IMG/VR virus record: IMGVR_UViG_3300006149_000353
Reading direction: 5' to 3' (one strand)
Length of the DNA stretch: 47,394 nucleotides
Origin: a virus
The position numbers were made by a program, and so were the translations under genes. The notes under the pieces were generated by a model. It was not told the DNA's origin, ran no database searches, and saw only the letters and a program-made list of their open reading frames with translations. Positions 39,309 through 47,016 of this stretch are shown piece by piece (position 1 is the stretch's first letter; each line of letters opens with the position of its first letter).

Positions 39309-40992
39309 GGACGACAGCCCCCTTTGGCGCGCTCAGGAGGAGCGGTTGACTGGCTCCTGATGTGTCAAGATAGTAATCCGCGTGGGCCATGATATACTCG
39401 TAGCGCTCCTTTCCCTGGAAGCTATCCACCACATGCTGCTCGTCTGGAGCCATGTCCTGGTAGCGCTTCTTGCCATAGCAGGGCGGCAACCAGTTCTTTT
39501 TCATGCCGGCGAACAGGTTGAATTTCTCCAGCAGCTCCATATCCTTGAAGACCAGATGGGCCGTACCCTTTTTGTAAAAAGTAACGGTGAAATACTTGGT
39601 GTCAATGTTCCTGGCGACGCCGGTCTCTTGGACGCGCCGCATGATGGTATCTACGGAGGTGTCCCACACCGTTCGCCCGCCGTCCAGAAAGTCAAAGACC
39701 TTCTCGATGTCGGTGAATTGGCTGACGACGCGCCATGAATCGAACTCGCCGCTCCATTGGCTGTAGGCGTTGTAAAATGGGATGATGACCTTCTTGCCGA
39801 TGGCAAAGCAGTCGTTGGTCTTCCATCCGTCGTAATAGTGGCGGTTGGGACTATCCTCGCTCCAGCTGCGGGCAGTCCAGCTGTCAAAGAGATTTTCAAT
39901 GGTGCTCTCGATACCGTCGTTGACTTTGGCCATCGTTTGAATCAGCAGCGTCAGAATGTTATAGGCGGAGAAGTCATAATCCATCAGTTGATTCACATGA
40001 TCTCTGAGTTCCTCAACGAGATTGCTGGTGAGCTGGCCGGTGATGGTCTTGCTTTCAATGATCTGAGCCCAGTACTTCCGCCGAACCATCCGCAGGTACT
40101 GGTTAACGTCCAGATATCCCTCACGGCCATCCAGCGTTGTAACGTGCATGGTGATGGTATTTTTGCTGTATTTGTCCCGCTGGAGCATCTCGGACATGCC
40201 GATATACTCCTCGATCAGCCGGATGCCGCAGGCCGCCTCGTAGTCATAGCGGTTGACCCACTCGTCGATGTGGTTGTACCGCACCAGCTCCGCAAACCGT
40301 TCCGGCGTCTTACTGGTCTTGTAAGTGGGCGCTTTACGCATGTCCTCCATGATGGTGCTGTCCGCGGGGATCCGGGGAATGTCAATACGGATGACGGCAA
40401 CCTCAACGTCGGCCTTTCGTTCGGCGTTGGCAAAGGCTCCTTGGATATACTCGACCTGGCCCTCGTATTCCCGGATGGCGCGAAGCAATTGCTTTCGGGG
40501 TTCATAGCATGGGTAGCGCAGCGTTTCAGCGTTGAGAACGCAGCGGATCATACCGCCCCGGCGGCGCATCAGGCCGATGGCCTTCAGCAGGTGTTCGGCA
40601 CCTTGGTCAAAGGGCGGATTCATCAGAATCAGATCATAGCGTTTTTGTGTCTCGAACGTCAGAAAATCGTCATGCACCACCCGATAACCGGCGCCGGACA
40701 GGGTATTGCGAAGGGTTGGGTCGATCTCTACGCAGTCGATGTCGGCTTCGGCAACGGCCTCTTTGAGAGAGTGGTCGTCGTATACGCCATAGCCATGCTT
40801 GTTTGCATACAGCTTTTTGACTGCGAACAGAGCCAGGTTGCCCTTGCCGGCGCTGGGTTCCAGGACGCTGCTGACCTGTTTCCAGTCAATGCCGCGGATC
40901 AGTTTTTCAGCCAGAACCTCCGGTGTGGGGTAAAACGTCTTTTTTGTGCGCTGGTGCTCCACCGCGTCCAGCAGCGTTGCCATGTTACGCAT
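39298..40992 (-). CDS. N6-adenine DNA methyltransferase with C-terminal DUF4942-like domain
   Basis: Motif I VLEPSAGKGNL and motif IV LILMNPPFDQG. About 350-aa C-terminal extension. 564 aa. Confidence 0.8.
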   Translation of the reverse strand: MRNMATLLDAVEHQRTKKTFYPTPEVLAEKLIRGIDWKQVSSVLEPSAGKGNLALFAVKKLYANKHGYGVYDDHSLKEAVAEADIDCVEIDPTLRNTLSGAGYRVVHDDFLTFETQKRYDLILMNPPFDQGAEHLLKAIGLMRRRGGMIRCVLNAETLRYPCYEPRKQLLRAIREYEGQVEYIQGAFANAERKADVEVAVIRIDIPRIPADSTIMEDMRKAPTYKTSKTPERFAELVRYNHIDEWVNRYDYEAACGIRLIEEYIGMSEMLQRDKYSKNTITMHVTTLDGREGYLDVNQYLRMVRRKYWAQIIESKTITGQLTSNLVEELRDHVNQLMDYDFSAYNILTLLIQTMAKVNDGIESTIENLFDSWTARSWSEDSPNRHYYDGWKTNDCFAIGKKVIIPFYNAYSQWSGEFDSWRVVSQFTDIEKVFDFLDGGRTVWDTSVDTIMRRVQETGVARNIDTKYFTVTFYKKGTAHLVFKDMELLEKFNLFAGMKKNWLPPCYGKKRYQDMAPDEQHVVDSFQGKERYEYIMAHADYYLDTSGASQPLLLSAPKGAVVHVD

Positions 40993-41007
40993 GGTTGTTA
41001 TCCTTTC

Positions 41008-41550
41008 TCATGCGGCATAGGCCGCCTGCAGTCGTTTTCGGAGTTTGGCGACAAGCTTGCTGGCTTGCCCCTGCGTAACGCCGAGGGTTTGGGCAATATC
41101 CCGTTGCTTGGCGCCGTCCAGCAGCATTCGCGCGATGGTCTGATCCCGGCCTTCAAGGCGGCGGATGTCCTCAAGGATCATTCGCGTTTCCGTTTGAGCT
41201 TGTGTATCATCCTTGGCCGGGATGGATTCGCCGAGCGTTACTTCTTTGTGTCCATCGGTGATGGAGCGGTCAAGGCTATCCTTTTTGCGGACGTCGCGGC
41301 ACTGAGCGTATTCGTTACGGATGGCCATCCGCATATCGTTGAGAATCACTCGGACCGCATAGGTGGAAAAGCAAAAACCGCTGTCGGCTTCATAGCCCAT
41401 GGCGGCCTTGCACAGGCCGAAACAGCCGATCTGATACAGGTCATCCGCGTCGATGACGGCAGGATAAAACCGTAGCACACGGCGGATAGCAAGGCCCACG
41501 AGCCCCATGTTCTGCTCTGCCAGCCAGCGCTGACTATCGGTCATCTGCAT
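41008..41550 (-). CDS. Sigma-70 family RNA polymerase sigma factor (regions 2 and 4 only), resembling sporulation-type SigF/SigG
   Basis: Start MQMTDSQ after AGGAGG. Region 2: DDLYQIGCFGLCKAAMGYEADSGFCFSTYAVRVILNDM. Region 4: RDIAQTLGVTQGQASKLVAKLRKRL. Confidence 0.8.
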   Translation of the reverse strand: MQMTDSQRWLAEQNMGLVGLAIRRVLRFYPAVIDADDLYQIGCFGLCKAAMGYEADSGFCFSTYAVRVILNDMRMAIRNEYAQCRDVRKKDSLDRSITDGHKEVTLGESIPAKDDTQAQTETRMILEDIRRLEGRDQTIARMLLDGAKQRDIAQTLGVTQGQASKLVAKLRKRLQAAYAA

Positions 41551-41710
41551 GGGAGACCTCCTGACGCTCCACGCGCAAGCCGTACTCGACGGTCTTACCT
41601 GTAGGGGTGCGCTTGCGCTTGATCTGGGTGACGGTATAGCCGTTCTTGACGAGGATCCCGGCGACAGCAATGCGGTCTTCCTCCCGGACAATCATGAGGT
41701 CAGTCTTCAT
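41534..41710 (-). CDS. Hypothetical small protein (58 aa)
   Basis: MKTDLMIVREEDRIAVAGILVKNGYTVTQIKRKRTPTGKTVEYGLRVE after AAAAGGAGG. Confidence 0.55.
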   Translation of the reverse strand: MKTDLMIVREEDRIAVAGILVKNGYTVTQIKRKRTPTGKTVEYGLRVERQEVSHADDR

Positions 41711-41903
41711 GGGGCGCCTCCTTTTCGCAGGCCGCGCGGCATGCCGCGCATTTGCGCGGAAATTTACCGCCCTGCAAAAGCTGGCCGTACAGGCGGCAGT
41801 TATAGGCCTGCATATGGCGTGCCCAGGAGGCAAGCAGGCAGGGCTTGAGGTTATCGCGCAGGCAATGCGCGCCATCCGGGACGCTGACGATGATGTTCGG
41901 CAT
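41700..41903 (-). CDS. Small Cys-rich protein (67 aa)
   Basis: GGAGGA SD. Seven Cys, including KCAACRAAC. Confidence 0.5.
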   Translation of the reverse strand: MPNIIVSVPDGAHCLRDNLKPCLLASWARHMQAYNCRLYGQLLQGGKFPRKCAACRAACEKEAPHED

Positions 41904-41905
41904 GG

Positions 41906-42400
41906 TCAGTCCTCCAAAGCATCAATGTAGTCCGTCATGATATAGCCGTGATTGGTGACGGCCCAGTCTCCGCCGGCGGCGTAAACGGTCACCGCGGCGC
42001 CGGATCGGAGCCATGCGCGACGCTCGCCCTCAACGCCCTGGCGGGCCGCGACGCGGCCGTTGGCGCGGATCACGCCGTCAAAGCCTGTGGTATCCACTTC
42101 GCCGGAAACCAGATACAGGCCGCAAACCCAGCCTTCGCCCGCCTCACAGGACAGGTCGGCGCAGTGCATCCAGGTGCGCCCCTGGCGGTCGGTTTGGGTA
42201 CGATCGACGGTCAACGCGTCGCCGGCGTAGACGCGGCCCACCACGTCGGAAGAAGTTGAAGCCTCGGCCCGGATGTTGACCTCATCCCTGCTCAGAACGT
42301 ACCAGGTGGACGCCTCCTCCGCTAAGGCGTCGGTCGGCTTTGCAGCGGTTAACATGAGCAGGCAGGAAAACAGGAAAACGGGAACAGTCAGCTTTTTCAT
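41906..42400 (-). CDS. Secreted protein with bacterial SH3 (SH3b) domains
   Basis: Signal peptide MKKLTVPVFLFSCLLMLTAAKPTDALA. SH3b-like WYVLSRDEVNIRAEASTSSDVVGRVYAGDALTV. Confidence 0.7.
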   Translation of the reverse strand: MKKLTVPVFLFSCLLMLTAAKPTDALAEEASTWYVLSRDEVNIRAEASTSSDVVGRVYAGDALTVDRTQTDRQGRTWMHCADLSCEAGEGWVCGLYLVSGEVDTTGFDGVIRANGRVAARQGVEGERRAWLRSGAAVTVYAAGGDWAVTNHGYIMTDYIDALED

Positions 42401-42465
42401 TGGTTTTTCCTTTCTGGGCGGTGCGGCGAAGAAATCCTATCCCCAAGATTCCGCCTTCCGCTGTG

Positions 42466-42945
42466 TTATGGTGTGTTTCGGTCAAGGTAGGTTGTGCCTA
42501 CGGCGAAGGCGGCCCAAACGTCCGCCTTGAAGCCATAAAAGAAATCGGGGTCACGCTTGGTTCCTTTGCCGCTTTTGAAATCATGCGCGGCAAAGCGGTC
42601 GATGAGCGCCTGACGGATATGGCTATCCTTAGCGCGGGAATCATGGCAGAGGTTTTGCTTTTCCTCCATGCGGTAGACATAGGCGACGGCGGCGTCAAGC
42701 TGGACGGCGGCCTGGGTAAAGCGGCCGATCCACACGCAGGTGTCGAAGACCTCCCGGCCCACCGCCATGCCATAGGACGCGACCATTTCCAGGATCACGG
42801 GAACATCCGGCCCCGCCGTGGAAGCCAGGACGTCCAGCAGCTCCTCGTTGGACACTTTGCCAAAGACGCGGGGCTCATAGCTGCCGCCGTCCATGAGCAC
42901 ATAGGCGGAAATGGTATTGCCGGGATCGATGGCGAGAATGTTCAT
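42466..42945 (-). CDS. RuvC-like Holliday junction resolvase
   Basis: MNILAIDPGNTISAYVLMD (catalytic Asp), ILEMV (Glu) and ADVWAAFAVG near the C-terminus. Confidence 0.7.
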   Translation of the reverse strand: MNILAIDPGNTISAYVLMDGGSYEPRVFGKVSNEELLDVLASTAGPDVPVILEMVASYGMAVGREVFDTCVWIGRFTQAAVQLDAAVAYVYRMEEKQNLCHDSRAKDSHIRQALIDRFAAHDFKSGKGTKRDPDFFYGFKADVWAAFAVGTTYLDRNTP

Positions 42946-43715
42946 GGCGTTGGCTCCTGTAAGCGATAGTTGCGGTTTTCGCCGGGCGCGATCTGCGCCA
43001 TGTAGCCGCTGGACAGCTGCTTGACGCGGGAAAAGGTCGCCTCGTCGAAGTTAAGAAGCTCGTCCATCAGCCACTCGGTGGAGATGATGGTTGGCTTGCC
43101 GCGGTTATACCGGGCGTTGATGAGCTCGAAGGCCACGCGGATATCGGTATCCTTCACGGCATCCCGATGCTTGCCCGCGACCTTGAACAGATCGTCGATA
43201 TACAGGACGGAGACGGTTTTAAGGGGGTAGGCCAGATCGTCGAAGGCCTCCGGGTCGTTGGCGTAGCCCTTGAGCTGTCTTGCTTCCTCCGTCCAGAGCA
43301 TATAGCGCACGGTCACGCCGGCGTCCAGGAGCCGACCGCAGGCGGCGGTGCACAGGTGCGTTTTGCCGCTGCCCGGCGCTCCGCCCACAAAGAGCCAGGG
43401 ACGTTTGCGCTCTCCCGGTATCAGGACTTCCTCCGTCCAGGCCTGGACGATGTTTTTCATGGCGATTTGGTAAGGCTCCACGGCGCGGAAGGCGTCGAAG
43501 GTTTTTTCCCGGACGACGTCCGCCAGGCCGGAGCGCTCCAGGCGCTGTTGCTCCCGTTTGCGAAGCTGGCAGGCGCAGGGGCGGACGCTGCGATCCTCCT
43601 GCTCGACCCAGCCGGTATCGCGGCAGCGGGGACAGCTATACAAGTCCTTCGCGGTATTTGAGCTTGCTGACATCAAGCGCAGGTTGTCCTCGATTTTCCG
43701 CATGAGGTGTTCCAT
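42942..43715 (-). CDS. DnaC/IstB-like AAA+ helicase loader
   Basis: Walker A GGAPGSGKTHL and Walker B VLYIDDL. N-terminal CPRCRDTGW...CAC zinc motif. Confidence 0.8.
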   Translation of the reverse strand: MEHLMRKIEDNLRLMSASSNTAKDLYSCPRCRDTGWVEQEDRSVRPCACQLRKREQQRLERSGLADVVREKTFDAFRAVEPYQIAMKNIVQAWTEEVLIPGERKRPWLFVGGAPGSGKTHLCTAACGRLLDAGVTVRYMLWTEEARQLKGYANDPEAFDDLAYPLKTVSVLYIDDLFKVAGKHRDAVKDTDIRVAFELINARYNRGKPTIISTEWLMDELLNFDEATFSRVKQLSSGYMAQIAPGENRNYRLQEPTP

Positions 43716-44370
43716 GTTGTCCGTTGCCTCCTTCCTGCGCTCGTCTGCGTACCCAGGTGCGCACCGCCGCCCGCCAGTCCTTCATGGCTGTCTGCCCCAC
43801 CTTCCAGCCTTTGGATGCGTAATAATCGCAAAAAACCTGGCCGTCGACGCCCTGGTAGCCCTTTTCGCGGCAATAGTCGTCGACCTCCTGCGGGGAGGGT
43901 GGCGAGAAGCGCGGGCACGCGCCCTTCTCTGTTTTGGATTCGGATTCGGATTGGATTTGGATTGGATTGGATTCAGGCTGACAATCCGCTGTCAATTGAC
44001 AGCAACTCGCTGACAATTGACAGCAATCTGCTGTCAAGCTTTCCGGTGGTTCAGGATACTTTCTCTCTTTGTTTCTCACACGCTGATGTTTCTCCCAAGT
44101 AGGGAAGAACAGATAGGGCTTGCCGTTCACCGTGTACAGACACAGCAGGCCGACAGAGGCCAAGTGAGAAATAGCATCTTCTACCGATTTCTTAGTCACG
44201 CTGTCCTTTGTTGGAAACAACGCATTCTTCAAGATATTGATCCGTCCGTCATAGCAGCCGTAGTCATCAGCGCTGACCATGAGTCGGTAAAAGACTACCT
44301 CCTCAAACCAGGTCAATGAATCTATTTGGTCACTATATTTGATGGAATCTTTCAGAATTCTGTTCGGCAT
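43636..44370 (-). CDS. Phage replisome organizer (DnaD-like)
   Basis: The N-terminus ILKDSIKYSDQIDSLTWFEEVVFYRLMVSADDYGCYDGR is typical of the replisome-organizer N-terminal domain. The gene contains iterons. Confidence 0.75.
   Translation of the reverse strand: MPNRILKDSIKYSDQIDSLTWFEEVVFYRLMVSADDYGCYDGRINILKNALFPTKDSVTKKSVEDAISHLASVGLLCLYTVNGKPYLFFPTWEKHQRVRNKERKYPEPPESLTADCCQLSASCCQLTADCQPESNPIQIQSESESKTEKGACPRFSPPSPQEVDDYCREKGYQGVDGQVFCDYYASKGWKVGQTAMKDWRAAVRTWVRRRAQEGGNGQHGTPHAENRGQPALDVSKLKYREGLV
43935..44040. repeat. Candidate origin of replication: GGATT(C/G) hexamer run plus CTGTCAATTGACAG-type iterons inside the organizer gene
   Basis: GGATTCGGATTCGGATTGGATTTGGATTGGATTGGATTC (43935-43974), then GCTGACAATCC, GCTGTCAATTGACAGC, GCTGACAATTGACAGC and CTGCTGTCAAGC. 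Confidence 0.55.
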
Positions 44371-44382
44371 GACGCGGCCCCC

Positions 44383-44784
44383 TTAAAAGGGCAGCTCGTC
44401 GGTTTCCACAGCCGTGAAGCCGCCGGCCTGGGTAACGGCCGATGGTGTGGAAGATCCGCTCGCAGCCTCCGAATCGGCGCGTCCCGACAGGAACTCCACG
44501 TCTTCCGCCGTGACCTCCAGAGCCGTGCGGGGTGTGCCGTCATTGCCCTGATAGGCTTTAGCGCGGACCTCGCCGGTGACGCAGACCTTACGGCCCTTGG
44601 CCAGGTACTTCTGGCAGATTTCGCCCAGCTGCCGCCAGGCAGCGACGCGGAAGTAGGTTGTGTTTTCCTGGCCGCCGCGGCGCTCGTTGACGGCAACGTC
44701 GAAGTTGCACACGCTGACGCCGCTGGGCGTTGTCCGCAGCTCCGGGTCGCGGACGAGGTTGCCGATGAGAATCATCTTATTCAT
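44383..44784 (-). CDS. ssb: Single-stranded DNA-binding protein
   Basis: MNKMILIGNLVRDPELRTTPSGVSVCNFDVAVNER...FRVAAWRQLGE OB-fold motifs and an acidic C-terminal tail ETDELPF. Confidence 0.9.
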   Translation of the reverse strand: MNKMILIGNLVRDPELRTTPSGVSVCNFDVAVNERRGGQENTTYFRVAAWRQLGEICQKYLAKGRKVCVTGEVRAKAYQGNDGTPRTALEVTAEDVEFLSGRADSEAASGSSTPSAVTQAGGFTAVETDELPF

Positions 44785-44791
44785 GGTGGCT

Positions 44792-45442
44792 TCATCCTTT
44801 CGGGAGTTTATACAGGCTTACGATCTTCCCGTCGATGGCGACCGTTTCCAGGTGGTATTTGGCCATGAGGGTCTGGTCGCCGTGCTGGTGGGCCTCCTGG
44901 TGATGCTCCCGGCAAAGGGGCAGGCAGCGGAGGCCGATATGGTTCATGTGCCGCCTGTCGCCGCCCATGCCCACCCGGTCAACGTGGTGGAGATCGGCCT
45001 TTTTGCCGCACACCGCGCATTTTTTGTTCAGCAGGCAGGCATAGACATAGCGCGGAATGTCGTCCACGTTATTGACCAAGGGTTCCCGTGTTGGGATGTC
45101 AAACTTGAGGATGCGCTCCACCAAGAAGGCAATGAACTCGCTGGCCTCCTCCATGGTGGCGGAGGAGAGGCGGAAGACGGCCCTTTCGAGGGTCTGCCGC
45201 ATCTCCTGGTGGTAGGCCAGGCGATGGTCGTCATAGACGCTTTCCTTGCTGTCGCCGGAGAAGGCGGCAATCTCGCCCATCAGGGCCCAGGCCTTGCGCA
45301 GCTGCTCCGGCGTCCTGCTCCGACCGTCCGGCAGCTCCACGCGCACCTCGTCGTACCGCTTGGCCACATAGTCCTTGGGGTAGTCGATGCGGATGCTTGC
45401 CCCCTCGGGCCCCGCGCTGACGATCCGCCCGGCGACGATCAT
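44792..45442 (-). CDS. Protein with a C-terminal HNH/zinc-finger-like nuclease motif
   Basis: CAVCGKKADLHHVDRVGMGGDRRHMNHIGLRCLPLCREHHQEAHQHG. Confidence 0.6.
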   Translation of the reverse strand: MIVAGRIVSAGPEGASIRIDYPKDYVAKRYDEVRVELPDGRSRTPEQLRKAWALMGEIAAFSGDSKESVYDDHRLAYHQEMRQTLERAVFRLSSATMEEASEFIAFLVERILKFDIPTREPLVNNVDDIPRYVYACLLNKKCAVCGKKADLHHVDRVGMGGDRRHMNHIGLRCLPLCREHHQEAHQHGDQTLMAKYHLETVAIDGKIVSLYKLPKG

Positions 45443-46170
45443 GACGCCGCCTTCTGAAGATAATACTCTTCAATGGCTTGGAACAGCTTTGACCAATCGT
45501 CATCAGTCATCTTTTTGCTGCTTTTGTCCGTCACGATGCCTTTGCTGATCAGGTCTTTTCGATACTCGTAAAACTGCTCCAAAGAGAGATTGTGACACTT
45601 CAAGAAAGCATTCACTGGCGTTTCCTTTTTGTATCCGCTTTTATAGTCGCCTTCTTGTTGACCATCTGTCGCTTCGCTCTTCTTCCCTGCACTATCCGGA
45701 TGCCCATGATGGCCATCAACGTCTGTACCTCCATTCACCGGATTGCTTGCCGGAGGGGTACTCGCGTCCGGGTCGTCCATGTCCTCGGTGGGGATGCAGA
45801 ACACCTGGAACAGCGCGTACTTATAGGCAATGGCCATGGCCTTGTTGCTGGCCTTGTCGCCGCTGTCCATGCCCTCACCCAGGGTGATGGCGTCCACATG
45901 GCTGCCGTCAGGCGCGAAGAAGGAGAAGCGCATTTTCAGCAGGCTGTAATTCAGCTGCCCCCCGCTTGTGGTGGTGCGGTGCTCCCGGGTCTGCTCGAGG
46001 ACTTCCGGCACGGTGAAGACGTGGTGCTTCACCAGGACGGGGTTCATGGCGTTCATCACGTCGTCAATGCCGCGGAACTTGAACTTCTGCTGCTGGTTGT
46101 AGTTGTTCTTGCCGACGGCTTCCATGTCGGCCATGATGCGCGGGATGGCCTCATAAATCTGTTCAGGCAT
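45439..46170 (-). CDS. ERF-family single-strand annealing recombinase
   Basis: Start MPEQIYEAIPRIMADMEAVGKNNYNQQQKFKFRGIDDVMNAMNPVLVKHHV after AGGAGGAAAACGACC. The pattern is typical of ERF. Confidence 0.8.
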   Translation of the reverse strand: MPEQIYEAIPRIMADMEAVGKNNYNQQQKFKFRGIDDVMNAMNPVLVKHHVFTVPEVLEQTREHRTTTSGGQLNYSLLKMRFSFFAPDGSHVDAITLGEGMDSGDKASNKAMAIAYKYALFQVFCIPTEDMDDPDASTPPASNPVNGGTDVDGHHGHPDSAGKKSEATDGQQEGDYKSGYKKETPVNAFLKCHNLSLEQFYEYRKDLISKGIVTDKSSKKMTDDDWSKLFQAIEEYYLQKAAS

Positions 46171-46708
46171 GGTCGTTTTCCTCCTTGGAAAGGCTGATCT
46201 GGAAGACGGGTTCCCGGGCGACGGCCTTGACGCCGGGGACAAACTCGCCGGTCTCGGCGTCCACCGCTTCACCGCTCGGTTGGAAGATCAGGCGCTTTTT
46301 CACATCGTCCCACGCGATGGATTCCTTGATTTTGACGGCGGCGGGGCAGGACACCTTGGCCCATTCCAGCAGCGCCTCATCGTCCCGGTCATAGGAGGGC
46401 CGCTGTTCCTTGCGTACCAGCTTGCCGGCTGGAAGCTGGTAACTCTCCTGCGTCCTGCTTGCCTTGTGGGGGACGGTGGCAAAGTACCGCTCCAACAGGG
46501 CGGAGAAGTACGCCTCCGTGCGCTCGTTGGCGGCCTTGATCTTGTCCATCTGGCCCTCGTAATAGGCATACCAGCGGTCGGTATCCTCCCGGGCGGCCTT
46601 GATCTTGCTAAGGGCCCAGTTGGCGGTCTGGTCGTCGGTGATGGCAAAGGTGTCGCTGAAGATGTCCTGCGGGGCGTCGCATTCGGGATCGTATCGGTAC
46701 GTTTCCAT
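46163..46708 (-). CDS. gam: Host-nuclease inhibitor, Mu Gam-like
   Basis: Start METYRYDP after AAGGAGGAA. FAITDDQTANWALSKIKAAREDTDRW...SYQLPAGKLVRKEQRPSYDRDDEALLEWAK...IAWDDVKK fits the Gam-family layout. Confidence 0.7.
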   Translation of the reverse strand: METYRYDPECDAPQDIFSDTFAITDDQTANWALSKIKAAREDTDRWYAYYEGQMDKIKAANERTEAYFSALLERYFATVPHKASRTQESYQLPAGKLVRKEQRPSYDRDDEALLEWAKVSCPAAVKIKESIAWDDVKKRLIFQPSGEAVDAETGEFVPGVKAVAREPVFQISLSKEENDHA

Positions 46709-46718
46709 GGTTTCCTCC

Positions 46719-47006
46719 TTATACTTCGCACCAGCGCTGCCATGCACGCTGGACGCAATCGTCTTCAAGGGAAGGGACTTTGTCCCCGACTGAGGGGATG
46801 CAATCCTCAGGCTGCACCCCGATACCCAGCACAGGCAAAAGCCTGGGATGGGCGAGGTTACGATAGGTCGTTTCTCTTGGCTCCCGGAGGGTTGCCCTTC
46901 GTGGCCTGGGAAGCGCGGGTTCCGGGTCGGGCGGCGTGCGCTGGCAGTCGCAGCGTTCGCCGGGATCAAGGTAGGCCCCGCAGATGGGGCATTTACGGTA
47001 AAGCAT
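46719..47006 (-). CDS. Small zinc-ribbon protein (95 aa)
   Basis: Start MLYRKCPICGAYLDPGERCDC after AAGGAGG. Confidence 0.55.
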   Translation of the reverse strand: MLYRKCPICGAYLDPGERCDCQRTPPDPEPALPRPRRATLREPRETTYRNLAHPRLLPVLGIGVQPEDCIPSVGDKVPSLEDDCVQRAWQRWCEV

Positions 47007-47016
47007 GGCGGCCTCC

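Noticed and set aside
39757-41475. 572-aa plus-strand ORF opposite the DUF4942 methyltransferase and sigma genes
   Set aside because: The minus-strand genes carry clear methyltransferase and sigma motifs with SDs. The plus-strand ORF is a GC-driven open frame with no recognisable motif.
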